DNA of 64,000 bases from Chiloscyllium plagiosum. Taxonomy: Eukaryota. Below are positions 1 through 12,596 of the stretch, piece by piece. The position numbers and the translations under genes are program-made. Where the stretch lies: the NCBI RefSeq assembly GCF_004010195.1, contig NC_057739.1, forward strand, positions 7,297,992 through 7,361,991, in the 5' to 3' direction. The notes under the pieces were generated by a model, which saw only the letters and a program-made list of their open reading frames with translations, searched no databases and was not told the DNA's origin. How positions within the stretch are numbered: position 1 is the first letter of the stretch; each line of letters begins with the position of its first letter.

Positions 1-270
1 TCCTGACCTCTCCGCCCCCACCCCACTCCGGCCTATCTCCCTCACCTTGACCTCCTTCCACCTATCGCATTTCCAACGCCCCTCCCCCAAGTCCCTCCTC
101 CCTACCTTTTATCTTCGCCTGCTGGGCACACTTTCCTCATTCCTGAAGAAGGGCTTATGCCCGAAACGTCGATTCTCCTGGTTCCCTGGATGCTGCCTGA
201 CCTGCTGCGCTTTTCCAGCAACACATTTTCAGCTCTGATCTCCAGCATCTGCAGTCCTCACTTTCTCCTG
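1..270 (+). mobile_element. Penelope-like element terminal repeat (family A) with hammerhead motif
   Basis: Contains CCTGAAGAAGGGCTTATGCCCGAAACGTCGATTCTCCTG...GATGCTGCCTGACCTGCTG...TCCAGCATCTGCAGTCCTCACT. The same repeat adjoins PLE endonuclease-region remnants at 13829-14420. Confidence 0.8.
139..174 (+). ncRNA. Minimal type I hammerhead ribozyme motif, intact core
   Basis: CTGAAGA (143-149), extra A, stem II GGGC-TTAT-GCCC, GAAA (163-166), CG, TC (predicted cleavage after 170). Stem I is short and imperfect; stem III is reduced to the palindrome ACGT. Confidence 0.7.
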
Positions 271-529
271 GGAAAAGCTAGAATAAGAGTAACTGTTTCA
301 ATGTCAGGGTCACCCATTTAAAACTGGGACGAGGTGAATATTGTTCTCTCAGAAGTTCATACATTTTTGGAACACGCTTCCTGAAAAGGTGCGGAAGAAC
401 AGTCTTGAATATCTTGAAATATATATCGATGCTTCCATTCTAACTATTTGAATTTGGTATTAGCTGTTGGTTTCCCAATAACAGCCCTTCTTTGGGGTAC
501 AGTCATGAGCGCCACACAATCTTTAATGC

Positions 530-770
530 TTATTAGAAGCTGCTATTGTACATGAATGATTTTATGGCCAATCTTTTTAAGTACAGTCACTGTTGTACTG
601 TGGAAAAATGTAGCATTTATTAATCGAACACAGTCCCACAAACAGCAATGAGATAATTCCGCAGGTAATTTGTTTTAGCAGCTCAGAAACAAGTTCTCAG
701 AGTACAGACTGCGGAGAATACTTCTATTCTACTTTTGATGCCTTGGAATCTTTTACGTCTGAAGCCTTAT
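530..770 (-). mobile_element. Degenerate Deu-domain (AmnSINE/SacSINE-like) SINE fragment
   Basis: Reverse-complement similarity to the copy at 21620-22040 (cccacaaacagcaatgagataat, gtcactgttgta). Confidence 0.5.
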
Positions 771-844
771 ACCTTTTGAATTGAAGATCACCTTTTTTAA
801 TGGTTCCACAAAGAAAGTGAGAGAAAAATGGTGCAAGTTGCTAA

Positions 845-1872
845 ATAGAGTCATGGAGATGTACAGCATGGAAACAGACCCTTCGGTCCAACCCGTCCAT
901 GCCGACCAGATATCCCAACCCAATCTCATCCCAACCCAATCTCGTCCCACCTGCCAGCACCCAGCCCATATCCCTCCAAACCCTTCCTAATCAAATACCC
1001 ATCCAAATGCCTCTTAAATGTTGCAATTGTACCAGCCTCCACCACATCCTCTGGCAGCTCATTCCATACACGTGCCACCCTCTGTGTGAAAGCGTTGCCC
1101 CTGAGGTTTCTTTTATATTTTCCCCTCTCACCCTAAACCTATGCCCTCTAGTTCTGGACTCCCCAACCCCAGGGAAAAGACTTTGTCTATTTATCCTATC
1201 CATGCCCCTCATAATTTTGTAAACCTCNNNNNNNNNNNNNNNNNNNNNNNNNNNNNNNNNNNNNNNNNNNNNNNNNNNNNNNNNNNNNNNNNNNNNNNNN
1301 NNNNNNNNNNNNNNNNNNNNNNNNNNNNNNNNNNNNNNNNNNNNNNNNNNNNNNNNNNNNNNNNNNNNNNNNNNNNNNNNNNNNNNNNNNNNNNNNNNNN
1401 NNNNNNNNNNNNNNNNNNNNNNNNNCCATTGGCTCATCTGGTCCAGATCCTGTTGTAATCTGAGGTAACCTTCTTCGCTGTCCACTACACCTCCAATTTT
1501 GGTGTCATCTGCAAACTTACTAACTGTACCTCTTATGCTCGCATCCAAATCATTTATGTAAATGACAAAAAGTAGAGGGCCCAGCACCAATCTTGTGGCA
1601 CTCCACTGGTCACAGGCCTCCAGTCTGAAAATCAACTCTCCACCACCATTCTCTGTCTTCTACCTTTGAACCAGTTCTGTATCCAAATGGCTAGTTCCCC
1701 CTGTATTCCATGAGATCTATCCTTGCTAATCAGTCTCCCATGGGGAACCTTGTCGAACACCTTACTGAAGGCCATATAGATCACATCTACTGCTCTGCCC
1801 TCATCAATCTTCTTTGTTACTTCTTCAAAAACTCAATCAAGTTTGTGAGATATGTTTTCCCACTCACAAAGC
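845..1872 (-). mobile_element. CR1-type LINE 3' fragment (RT C-terminus plus 3' UTR), spans a gap
   Basis: Minus ORF LGPLLFVIYINDLD...SKFADDTKIGG and EVYKIMRGMDR...GHRFRVRG; CR1 tail ...GGGTCTGTTTCCATGCTGTACATCTC. Confidence 0.92.
1228..1425. other. Assembly gap
   Basis: Run of N. Confidence 1.
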
Positions 1873-1884
1873 CGCAGTAGTTCT

Positions 1885-2205
1885 CATAGAGTCAAACAAT
1901 GTGGAAAGAGGCAATTTGGCCCATCAAACCTGCACTGACCTTCTGAACAGCATCCTATCCAGACCCAGTCCTTCACATTCCCATAACCTCCCATTTACCA
2001 TGGCTAACCCACCTGGCTTGCAGATCTCTGGACTCTATGGCATAATAAAGCATGGCCAATCCACCTAACCTGCACATCTTTGGACTGTTGGAGAAAATTG
2101 GAATGCCCAGAGGAATCCCAAGCAGACCCAGGACAATGTGCAAACACAACACAGACAGTTGTCCAACGCTGTAATTGAACCCAGGTTCCTGACGCTGTGA
2201 GGCTT
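1885..2205 (-). mobile_element. HE1-type V-SINE, degenerate
   Basis: gcatggccaatccacctaacctgcacatctttggactg...gtgcaaacacaacacagacag...gacgctgtgaggc. Confidence 0.85.
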
Positions 2206-2487
2206 TTTTCTTTATTCTTTCAAAGGATGGAGGTATCAGGAGGGTTATGTTTCTCCTTGCCTTGCCAGGCCATTTCATAGGACAGTTAAGAATCAACTAC
2301 ATTGCTGTGCAACTGGGGTCATGTATAGAACAGGCTGGGGAAGGATGGCAGATTTCCTTTCCTCAGAAATTTCCCAAACCAGTTTTTGTAACAGTTGATC
2401 GTTCCATGGGCACTGACATTCAAATTTTCTTTATACCCTAGATTATTGAATTGAATGTCAGTTTGCTGCCTGAGCTGGAAGGTTCGT

Positions 2488-2530
2488 TTTCAGACGTTTC
2501 ATCACCATACTCGGTAACATCATCAGTGAA
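2488..2530 (-). ncRNA. Minimal hammerhead ribozyme motif (family C), antisense arm
   Basis: Reverse complement reads ttca-CTGATGA-T-GTTACC-gagtat-GGTGAT-GAAA-CG-TC-tgaa with a 4-bp stem I. Confidence 0.72.
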
Positions 2531-2554
2531 CTTCTGGTGAAGCTTCACTGGAGG

Positions 2555-2596
2555 CTCACTGATGATGTTACCTAGTATGGTGACGAAACGTCTGAA
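2555..2596 (+). ncRNA. Minimal hammerhead ribozyme motif (family C), intact core
   Basis: tca-CTGATGA-T-GTTACC-tagtat-GGTGAC-GAAA-CG-TC-tga: 6-bp stem II, 3-bp stem I, GUC site. Confidence 0.75.
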
Positions 2597-3629
2597 AACA
2601 GACCTCCCAGCTCAGTGAGCAAATTTACATTCAGAAACTCAACTAAAGCTACAAATCTTCTCAAAACTTGCTAATTTATGAATTGAATTTAAATATCACC
2701 AGCTGCCATTAGCTTGGACTTCTGCATTAGTAGCCTAGTTACATTATCAATAAGCTGCTTTCTCCTCTATTGCAGGCAGCTGAATAACAAGGGCATTTTG
2801 CATTAAATAAGGAAACACTGCTCACAAGGTGGGATCAGCCCATTTCATCACTTGCAATTATGATTTTTTTCCATTACAGCATCCAGTTTTTGTGTCAGTG
2901 ATTTCTCCCTGTTAAACCAGTCTGTTTGTAAAACATTTACTTTCTGCCAGTGCTCAAAATACACTGAGTTGCTGGGTGAAGTTGCTCATGAAGGTCCCAA
3001 CCAGAATGCAAAGGAATGTTTGATCACAGTGTTGTGGGTGGGCTGAGAAAACTCACTCCCTGGGAATAGAATAGATGGAGTCTACATATAGCTGCTGCTC
3101 CAATTGTAGGTTGCTTTTCACTTGTATTTGCTGCTGAGAGCTCATGGGGGAGTTATGGGAGAGGAGGGGATGCTGCAAGAGGGGGAGGAAAGGGGAAACT
3201 GCAATCGAAGGAAGGTGAGTATTAGCCAGGGGTAGGAGAGAGAAGAATTCTGTGGCAAAAAGGGATAAGTGAAAGCTGCAATTGGCAAGAGTGGGAGTGC
3301 GTGGATGGGGAGTAAGGCAGGCTGCAGAGTGGATAGAATAGGTGGCTGCAGTGCGATGAGGGTTTAGTTGCAAACCTAAGAACCTGGTCTGCAACAAGAC
3401 AGCTCACCACCACCACCTGAAGGGCAACTAGGGACAGGCAATAAATGTTGGCCAGCCAGCGATGCCCACATCCTGTGAATGAATATATTCTAAAAAAAGA
3501 CGAGAGAACAGTTTACAATCTGTGAACAAAGGAATACACAGCTGACAAAGAATCAGGAAGAGATGATGATTTCTTTGCAAATGAATATGGAATCTCTAGC
3601 TTAAGGCTGCATATTTTCAGGAGTTGCTA

Positions 3630-4760
3630 TATGACACCATAAAACACAGGAGCAGAAGGAGGCCATTCAGCTTATTGAGTCTGCTCAATTCATTGAGATT
3701 GGGTCTGATCTGATGATCTCCAACTCCATTTTCCTGCCTTTCTATGATAACCCTTAGTTCCTCCGTCTCGAATATAGTTATCGACCTAGTCTTGACAGTC
3801 CACAGTGGTAATGAATTCCATAAATTCACTCCCCTCTTGGAGAAGAAATTCCTCCTCATCTCTGTTAAATTGGCAACACCTTATTCTGAAATTATGCTGG
3901 CTGGTATTAGACTCTCCTACAAGGGAGAACAACCTTTTCGCATCTATCCTGACGTTCCCTAAGAGTCCTGTATCTTTCAAAAAGGCTTCCTCTCATTCTT
4001 CTAAATTCCCGTGAGTACAGACCCAATTAACTCAGCTTCTCCTCATAAGAAAATCCCTCCATACCCAATATAAACTGAATTAACCTTCTCTGGACTGCCT
4101 CTGATACCAAAATATCTTTCCTTAGATCTGTGCCCAAAACTGTTCATAGTATTCAAGCTGTGGTCTGACTAGGCCTTTTGTATAGTTTTAGGAGACCTCC
4201 CTAATTTTAAGCTGCACCCCCTTTAAAATAAAAGCCAAAATTCCATTTGCCTTCCCTATTCCAAGCTGAACTTGGATGCTGGTTTTTTTGTGATTTGTGC
4301 CTGAAGATCCTAGGTGTATTGGTTTCTGCAGGCCTTCGCCATTTAAATACTAGTCAGCTCCGCTATTCTTCCTGCTAGAGTGCTTAACCTTAGATTTTCC
4401 CACATCATATTCCATCTACCAAGATTTTACCCACTCAACCCCCAGCCTGTCCATATCCCTGGGCAGACTACATCATTCCCTCCGTTTACCTTTCCACCTT
4501 TTTTGTGTCGTCTGCAATCTTGGCTATACTCCAATCAGTTTTCCCATCTAAGTCATATTGTAAATAATTGTGGCACCAGCATAGACCCCTGTGACATTCC
4601 ATTATATGCAGATTGCAATCCTGATAAACCCACCTTTTCCCAACTCTGGCTTCTAATTGTCAGCTAATCCTCTGTGCATGGTAATAAACTAACCCTAGCA
4701 CCATGGGGTCTTATCTTATTCAACAGCCTAATGTGTAGCATGCCTTCTGAAAATCCAAAT
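3630..4760 (-). mobile_element. Older CR1 LINE, 3' part (resumes at about 7830-8900)
   Basis: Minus ORFs MRRNFFSKRGVNLWNSLP and RLFSLVGESNTSQHNFRIR; the RT region ends at LDFQKA. Confidence 0.85.
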
Positions 4761-4765
4761 TGCTT

Positions 4766-6350
4766 AGAGTAATGCAGATGTTCAGCATGGAAACTAACCC
4801 TTTGGTCCAACTGATCCATGCCGACCAAATATCGTAACCTAATCTAGTCCCATTTGCCAGCAGTTGGCGCATATTCCCCCCCCCCCCCAAACCCTTCCTA
4901 TCCATATGCCCATCCAGATGTCTTTTAAATGTTGGAATTGTACTAGCCTCCACCACTTTCTCTGGCAGTTCATTCCATACACGCACCACTCTGTGCACAA
5001 AAAGTTGTCCCTTATACATTTTTCCGTTCTCATTCTAAAACAATGCCGTCTAGTTGTGGATTCCTCCACCCCAGGAAACAGACTTTGCATATTTACCTAT
5101 TCATTCTCCTCATGATTATATAAACCTCTATAAAGTCACCCCGATGCTCCACGGAAAACAATCTATTCAGCCTCTCCCTGTAGCTCAGATCTTCCAACCC
5201 TGGCAACATCCTTGTAAATCTTTTCTAAACCCTTTCAAGTTTCACAGCATTCTCCGATAGGAAGGGAACCAGAATTGCACACAATATTCCAAAAGTGGCC
5301 TAAGCAATGCCCTGTACAGCCACACCATGACCTCCCAACTCCTATACTCTATGCTCTGACCAATAAAGGAAAGTACAGTAAACACCTTCACTATCCTATC
5401 TACATGCAACTCCACTTTCAAGGAACTATGAACCTGCACTCCCAGGTCTCTTTGTTCAGCAACACTCCCTAGGACCTTCGCTTTAAATATATAAGTCCTT
5501 CTCTGATTTGTTTTTCCAAAATGCAGCACCTTGCATTTATCTCAATTAAACTCCATCTGCCACCCCTTGGCCCATTGGCCCATCTGATCACAATCTTGTT
5601 GTACTCTGAGGTAACCTTCTTCGCTGTCCCCTATACCACCTCTTTTGCTGCCATCTGCAAACTTACTAACTGTATCTCCTATGTTCGCTTCCAAAACATT
5701 TATATAAAATGACGAAAAGCAGTGGATCCAGCACCGATCTTTGTGGCACTCCACTGCTCACGGGCTTCCAGTCTGAAAAACAGCCTTCCACTAAAATTCC
5801 TGAAGAAGGGCCTGTGCACGAAACGTCGAATCTCCTGTTCCCTGGATGCTGCCTGACCTGCTGTGCTGTTCCAGCAATAAAGTTTCAGCCTTCCACCACA
5901 CCCTCTGCCTTCTACCTTCATGCCAGATCTGTATCTAAATGGCTGGTTCTCCCAGTATTCCATGAGATCTAACCTTGCTAACCAGTCTCCCATGAGAGAC
6001 TTTGTTGTACGCCATATTGAAGTCCACATAGATTACGTTCACCGCTTTGCCCTCATAATCCTCTTTGTTACTTCTTCAAAGAACTCAATAAATTTGAGGG
6101 ACATGATTTCCCATGCACAAAGCCATATTGACTATCCCTAATCAATCCTTGCCTTGCCAAATGTGTGTAAATCTTGTTCCTCAGGATTCCCACCAACAAC
6201 TTGTCCATGACCGATGTCAAGCTCACCAGTCGAGAGTTCCCTGCCTTTTCCTTACTGCCTTTCTTAAATAATAGCACACATTAGCTAATCTAGCAGCACC
6301 TCACCTGTGACTATCGATGATTCAAATATCTCAGCAAGGGACCCAGCAAA
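4766..6350 (-). mobile_element. CR1 LINE ORF2 RT and 3' UTR
   Basis: Minus ORFs LLFKKGSKEKAGNSRLVSLTSV..SQYGFVHGKSC, SKFADGSKRGG, LVRPLLEYCVQFW-like and VVRVWNELPEKVVEA; CR1 tail at 4766. Confidence 0.93.
5792..5885 (+). mobile_element. 94-bp PLE mini-insertion consisting essentially of a hammerhead, 11-bp TSD
   Basis: TSD cagccttccac at 5781-5791 and 5886-5896. attc-CTGAAGA-A-GGGC-ctgt-GCAC-GAAA-CG-TC-gaat gives a 4-bp stem I and one stem II mismatch. Confidence 0.85.
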
Positions 6351-7283
6351 TAGTGAGGAAAGAGATCAATCTGAGACTGGCTGAGTCAAACAGGCAGACA
6401 GCAACAAAGCAGAGAACAAGGTAGGACTGATAAATTAAACTGTAGTTATTTCAATGCAAGAGGCCTAACTGGGAAGGCAGGTGAACTCAGGGCATGGTTA
6501 GGAACACTGAACTGGGATATCATAGCAATTATAGAGATGTGGCTCAGGGATGGACAGGACTGGCAGCTAAATGTTCCAGGATACAAATGCTTCAGGAAGG
6601 ACGGAAAGGGAGGCAAGAGAGGAGAGGGAGTGGTGTTTTTGATAAGGGATAGCATTACAGCTCTACTAAGGGAGGATATTCCTAGCAATAGATCCAGGGA
6701 AGTTATTTGGGTGGAACTGAGAAATAGGAAAGGGATGATCACCTTATTGGGATTGTACTATAGGCCCCCCTCCCCCCAATAGTCAGCAGGAAATTGAGAA
6801 ACAAATTTGTCATGAGATCTCAGTTATCTGTAAGAATAATAGGATGGTTATGGTTGGGGATTTTAACTTTCCGAACATAGACTGGGACTGCCATAGCATA
6901 AAAGGTTTGGATGGAGTGGAATTTAAGTGTGTATATGGAAATTTTCTAATTCAGTATGTGGATGTACCTACTAGAGATGGTGCAAAAATCTTGTAAATAA
7001 GGCAGGGCAAGTGACTGAGGTGTCAGTGGGGAAGCATTTTGGGCCCAGTGACCATAATTCACTTAGTTTTAAAATAGTGATGGAAAAGGATAGACCAGAT
7101 CTAAAAGTTGAAGTTCTAAATTGGAGAAATGCCAATTTTGGTGGTATTTGGCAAGAACTTTCAAAAATCGATTGGGGGCAGATGTTCGCAGGTAAAGGGA
7201 TGGCTGGAAAATTGGAAGTCTTCAAAAATGAGATAACGAAAGTCCAGAGACAGCATGTTCCTGTTAGGGTGAAAGGCTGGTAG
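6350..7283 (+). mobile_element. CR1 LINE ORF2 N-terminal AP endonuclease segment (inverted relative to 4766-6350)
   Basis: + frames YFNARGL..., WLRDGQDWQLNVPGYKCFRKD, GLYYRPP, VGDFNFPNIDW, GPSDHNSLSF. Confidence 0.9.
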
Positions 7284-7289
7284 GTGTGC

Positions 7290-7800
7290 TTCCTTGTATT
7301 TATCCTAATTGTTACCTGCAAAGAATTCTTAAATGTTTGTCAGACACAATTTCCCATTTGTGAAGCCACACTGCCTCTGCTGTTGCATCCAGACAACCCT
7401 CCACTGCACCTCCTCCATTTCCCGCTCCACTGTTATAAGCCGCCTTCCCTCTCCAAACGCATTAAAGGCAGGGTCCTCCTTGTCCTTACCTACCACCCGA
7501 CGAGTTTCCACATCCAATGCATTTTCCTTAAGCACTTATGCCAACTCCAACTATACCCCGCCAGTAAAATCACCTTACCCCCCCCACCTCCCCCAAAACT
7601 CGTGGTCTCTACATCGGTGAGACCAAATGTAAGCTAACGGCATGTTTTGCTGAGCATCGCAGCTGGGCCTTCAGGGGCTGACCTGACCGTCCATTTTAAC
7701 TCCCCTTCCCACTCCCTTTCTGTCATGACGATCCTAAGCTTCCTCCATTGCCACAGCAAATCAGACCACAAATTGGAGGAGGAACACCTCATCTTCCCCC
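7290..7800 (+). mobile_element. Degenerate Penelope-like element fragment
   Basis: RVLLVLTYHPTS and HFNSPSHS..EEEHLIF motifs, shared with the PLE remnants at 12597-13400 and 13829-15590. Confidence 0.7.
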
Positions 7801-7829
7801 GTGACCTTCATTGCATCCTTTATAACAGA

Positions 7830-8900
7830 CTTTGATATTTTACCAGTAACAGATGCAAAGCTAATGGTCTCGGTCTTATCCGATTCTTTGTCTCCCTCCC
7901 TTTTTAAATAAAGTGTTACATTAGCAGTTTTCTAATTATATTGGACTTTTCCAGAGTCCAAGGATTCTTGGAAGATAATTAGGACAATGTCAACTATCTC
8001 TGTAACTACTTCTCGAGCATACTAGGGTATTTCCCACTGTTAGGGTCAGTTAGCTCAGTTAGCTGGATGGCTGGTTTGCAGTGGAATGCCAATAGCATTT
8101 CGTTCCTGTACTGGTTACCATGGAGGAAGCTCCTCCTCAACATCTCTCCTCACCTGAGGTATAGTGAACCTCAGGTTAAACCACCACCAGTTGGGTATCT
8201 CTCGCTCTCGCTCTGAGATCTGCCCTTTGGTCTGGTATGATTATTACATTACTTTACCTTGACCTCCCATCAAGAGCAGGGCCTTATCAGTCTTCAGCTC
8301 CATTAGTTTCTCTTACAATTTTTCACAAATGATAGATACTGTATTTATTTCTCCTCCTCTTGTCTCTTACTTAGTATTTTTATGATGTTAGTGCCATTTC
8401 CTGTGAAGATAGTTGTAAATTTATTCATCTCCTCTGCCATTTCCTGGTTCCCCGTTATTACTTCTTTAGCCTCATTTTCTAAGAGGCCTATGTTAACCTG
8501 GGGCCCCTCTTCCTTTTTACATAATTAAAGGAGCCCTTGCTGTCCATCTTGGTATTATTTGTACGTTTACCCTCAGTGTTTATCTTAACAGTCTTTATAT
8601 TACTATTGGTCATCTTTTATTGTTAATTAAAACTTGCCCAATCCTCTGGCTTACCAAAAATTTGTGCCAAATTTTTCTCTTTCTTTCGTTTTGATGCTAT
8701 CTTTTACTTTCCTGGTCGACCATCATTTTCTAATCCTTTTTGCCACTGGGATATATTCTTGTTGTGAGTCATATTTTGCCTAATGCTTGCCATTGTTCCT
8801 CAAGTTTCTTTGCTGTGAAATTCCTTTCCCAGTTCACTCCAACTAATTCTGCCCTTATTCTTTTGTAATTATCTTTGTTTAAGCCAAACGTAGTTTTTTT
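7830..8900 (-). mobile_element. Older CR1 LINE, upstream ORF2 portion
   Basis: Reverse complement resembles CR1 ORF2 (VTLYLKREGD.., KALLL..., GPQVNIGLLENE). A short SINE-like insertion lies at about 8040-8240. Confidence 0.6.
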
Positions 8901-9970
8901 TGACAAGTACCACCTCCTTGTTGAGGATGTTGATGAATTCTTCTAATTCTGCTTGTGTGAGAGCCCTATCATCCAAAGTGTCTGCACAAATGCAGAAGAC
9001 ATTGCTGCTACGTGTTGGCATTGCCAAATAAATGAATTAACAAGAATTAAAAGCAACACCAAAAATTACAAACTGTCCTTGGAAGAGTCTCGCGAACACC
9101 TGTTAAATAACCAATTTGTTCCCTCCTTCCTTCAATTCCTAAACTTGTGCAGTACTCTGAGGTAGAGTGACTGACTCAGCATTGGTTTACTCCAGTGATT
9201 GCCAGTGTAGGATGAAGAGATTAATCTTTGTTCTTCTGGTGTTTCTTTCACAAGTTTAATGTCGTGCACAGAAAAATAATAAATTAACTCTTCACAGCTC
9301 AATTCTGTTTCTCTTGTTTTGATTTCCCCAAATCTCTCGGGGTTTCAAAATGAGAAACTGTCAGTATTTATGTGCATTATATTAACATTCACTGTAGCAT
9401 TCTTCACAATAATCATTTCTCAAATGATTTTGTGACTCAGTACTGTCTTGAGTCTTACATCCACAAGGGGGTAATGTGGTTTTACATTTGAAAGCCGTGG
9501 AAAATACATCAAATTAGTTTAACCTCAAACATTTCTGGGAATTTTAACTGTACAAATCTATACAGAAAAATTCACAATGAGTTAACTTTACAGTTTGGAT
9601 TTGGGTTATATACAACATTAATGCCATGAGTTACACAGACACATATGTGCACATGCATGCAGCATCAGGATGACCTGTTATACCTCCCTAAGTAGAATAA
9701 TCTGCGATGTTTTGTGTTCAACCTTGCCTTGTACAGAATGCTCACTTGGCTAAGGTTTTGGAAAATATCAAACATCATGATATCCAATATATTCCAGCAT
9801 GGACCCGAAGGGCTAAAGGGCTTTTTTTTTCAGTGCTTTATTATCTCTCTTTGCCTCTTCAAGAAATGGAAAATAAATAAGAAAGTTACAATAAGAATAA
9901 ATTGATCATCAATAAGTTTTCCCATTGAATGTTTTATGCTGCTTAGTGTTTCTATGCTGAATCAATCCAG

Positions 9971-10110
9971 CTAAATTGCCCGTAGTGTTAGGTAAGGGGT
10001 AAATGTAGTGGTATGGGTGGGTTGCGCTTCGGCGGGGCGGTGTGGACTTGTTGGGCCGAAGGGCCTGTTTCCACACTGTAAGTAATCTAATCTAATGTAA
10101 TCTAATCTAA
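9971..10110 (+). mobile_element. 5'-truncated HE1 SINE with (TCTAA)n tail
   Basis: ctaaattgcccgtagtgttagg...ggacttgttgggccgaagggcctgtttccacactgtaagtaatctaatctaa, nearly identical to 43625-43750. Confidence 0.9.
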
Positions 10111-12596
10111 AGCTGTCCCGTGGTGTTTGGCTCTCTGCTGGTGATTGACTGTGTATGCACACACTGCAAATCCAGCTCTCAGTAACTCTCTCTGAGCAGG
10201 TTCCCCATCACGGCAATCATCACCGTTCAAACAGTTGTTTCAAATTAACAGAAACTGACGCTTCACGCAAAACCAGCAAATGCTGGAAGTAATCAACAAA
10301 TCTGGCAGTACCTGTAGGGGAGGAAAAGGATTAAAATTTCAAGTCAGCGACCTTTTGGAAAAAGCTGTCACTAGTTACTGAGAACTGTCTCCTTATTTTG
10401 TGATTTGCAAAATAACAATGACTTGCATTTTTATGTGCAGTGAGCATTTTTGGAGAAATCTGTTATATTCGCTGTAGCTCTGCATATTTCCCTTTATCAC
10501 CATGTGCAGTGACTCAAAGGTTCTTTTGTTCGCAATATCTTTCCAGGAGGGTGATAATTTTCCTCGTTTCAGCAGAGGCTTATCTCTGTCACAGTTCATT
10601 AGCAGGGACTGGGTGCTGGAAAAGTCACCTTGCGTAAAGAATGAATGATAAAATTGAACTGCTGAAGATTAATGAACTGCCTCTCCCAAGAGCTCCATTA
10701 TAGACCATCCAGTTTTTCTCTAAAGCTGCCTGGCAAGTTAAGTCCTTGAGGTGGGAAATGAGATGTTTTTACATTGTGCTTCGTTGTGTGAATTGAATGG
10801 TCCCAAACCAGACCTTCAATGGGGGATAAAGAACTCTTAGTATTGCCCCCCAAAACTCAGGAACCACACAGATATTCCCGGCTAGATAGCAACTTCGACC
10901 TCAAAACAGTAACTCTATTGTTTCTGTGCCTTTCCGTTTGAGACCGAGAGGAAACTATTTCATATTTTATGTTTTGCCCAAATATACTTCAGGCTTTCAC
11001 AGTGTGTAGGGTGAAGAGGCTTTACTTCCATTAATCTTGGTTTGAAGCCATGCTCCACAAATGACAGGATATTGCATCCTGATATATTTTCTCTTGGTCC
11101 ACACTTATTTCTAACCATTCTGATGAGTACAATTCTCCTATGTTTCAATTCCTGCAGCAAGATAGTTTTAAAATGTGTTTTAACACCCTTGAGTGCTCTG
11201 ACTCTTAAGAACAGATAAAATACAGATTATCGCAAAGCCTAATAGAAGAAGGAATAAATATAATGTCTTGACATCTTAAATTTAAATGCAACAGCGCTAT
11301 CTCATACATTTGCACAAGACACACTCCTGCAATGTGATTGCAAAAATGTGATTGCAAAAAAGGTAGCATGTACGTATAAGTTTAAAGAGTCCAAAAAATC
11401 ACTATTGCACTTCTTTTGAGGTGGAAGTTGGAAAACTGTGGGCGTGGTTATTCTCTATTGGTTGACTGAAGAAAATTGAGGATTTGGAAGTTATTGATGA
11501 TGAATTCACAGGAACAAATTCTTTGCAGCAACTGATTTGCTCCAGGTCACAAAGTTGAACTCCTATAGTGAAGATTTGGCTCAATTCGACAAATCAGTAC
11601 TTGAAGCGATAGTCCCACATCTCAAACTGTTGGTGAAATTCTAGGCAAATTCCTTTCTCTGCCTGTCCAGATTACTTTGTGGTTTCTTTATTTCCCAGAC
11701 TGACTAGTCTTTTGCTCTGAAGGTGTGTGTTAATAAATATTTCTTATCATAAACTGGATTCTGTCAGCTAACTATAGCATCTCTGTTCCCATTGTCCACA
11801 CCAAATCTATCATTGGCCAGTTGCTGCATCCAATGATTGAGTGGCTTTCCTTTACATCTTTTTGTGGAATTTCTGCAGTCATTAAGTCTGAGTGACTATT
11901 GTACATTTAGACAATAGTAACTGTGGATCTCCTCTGGAGATCTGTTACTTTTTTTTTGCTGATGCTTCAGTTGGATGTCCCGAAGAGATTTTTCTGTATT
12001 TTGCAGATGTGCCTGGACAAGCAGGCTCATTCTGCAGCAATGGATGGTTTCATACATACAGGCAACGGGGGAGAGAGGGAGAGAATATCAACTGAACCCT
12101 AGATTTCTCCTTGTTATAATGCAGTCTGTCCTTTCTCAATGCTATTTTTGAATCAGCAAAGTGTTCATTTTTCCATAACATCATGGGCAGAACTACATGG
12201 GTGAGACAACAAAAGAAAAATGATCTTGTTTTCCAAATGTCTGTATGCATTGAAAGATGTGTGGCTGTTCCCCAACATCAGGTTTGATTTTTTTTAAAAA
12301 GAAGTCTGTACTTCTGAATATGAAGGTTTTCTTGTTGTTTGTAATAGGATGTGGGTGTTGCTGGCAAGACTAGCATTTATCGCCTATCTGTAATTGTTCT
12401 TGAGAAGGTGGTGACAAACCATTTCATTAAGCTGCTGTAGTCTGTATTGTAGTACACCCACAGTGCTGTTGGAGAAGGAGTTCCAGGATTCTGATCCAGG
12501 AACGCTGAAAGTTTGAAGAAACCTTAGCTGTGGAGAGGCTTATAATGTTGTGCACATTTTCTTGTGGACATGACAAACTTCAGCAGGTTTTCATCT

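Larger units (their letters stand above)
2457..2675. mobile_element. Palindromic PLE-terminus mini-element (family C) with two opposed hammerheads
   Basis: Arms about 2470-2542 and 2543-2614 are inverted about tgaagcttca. Flanked by tgaattgaat at 2447-2456 and 2679-2688. Same sequence as the ends of the PLE at 35521-36353. Confidence 0.8.
2230..2760 (-). mobile_element. Second tRNA-derived SINE family, interrupted by a PLE mini-element
   Basis: gatggcagatttcctt...ttgaatttaaatatcaccagctgcc is the reverse complement of the copies at 55960-56280 and 33410-33680. Confidence 0.6.

Noticed and set aside
2457-2675. MITE / DNA transposon or pre-miRNA interpretation of the palindromes
   Set aside because: The arms are PLE termini, asymmetric in length, with 10-15 bp variable TSDs typical of target-primed retrotransposition rather than fixed TIR/TSD signatures.
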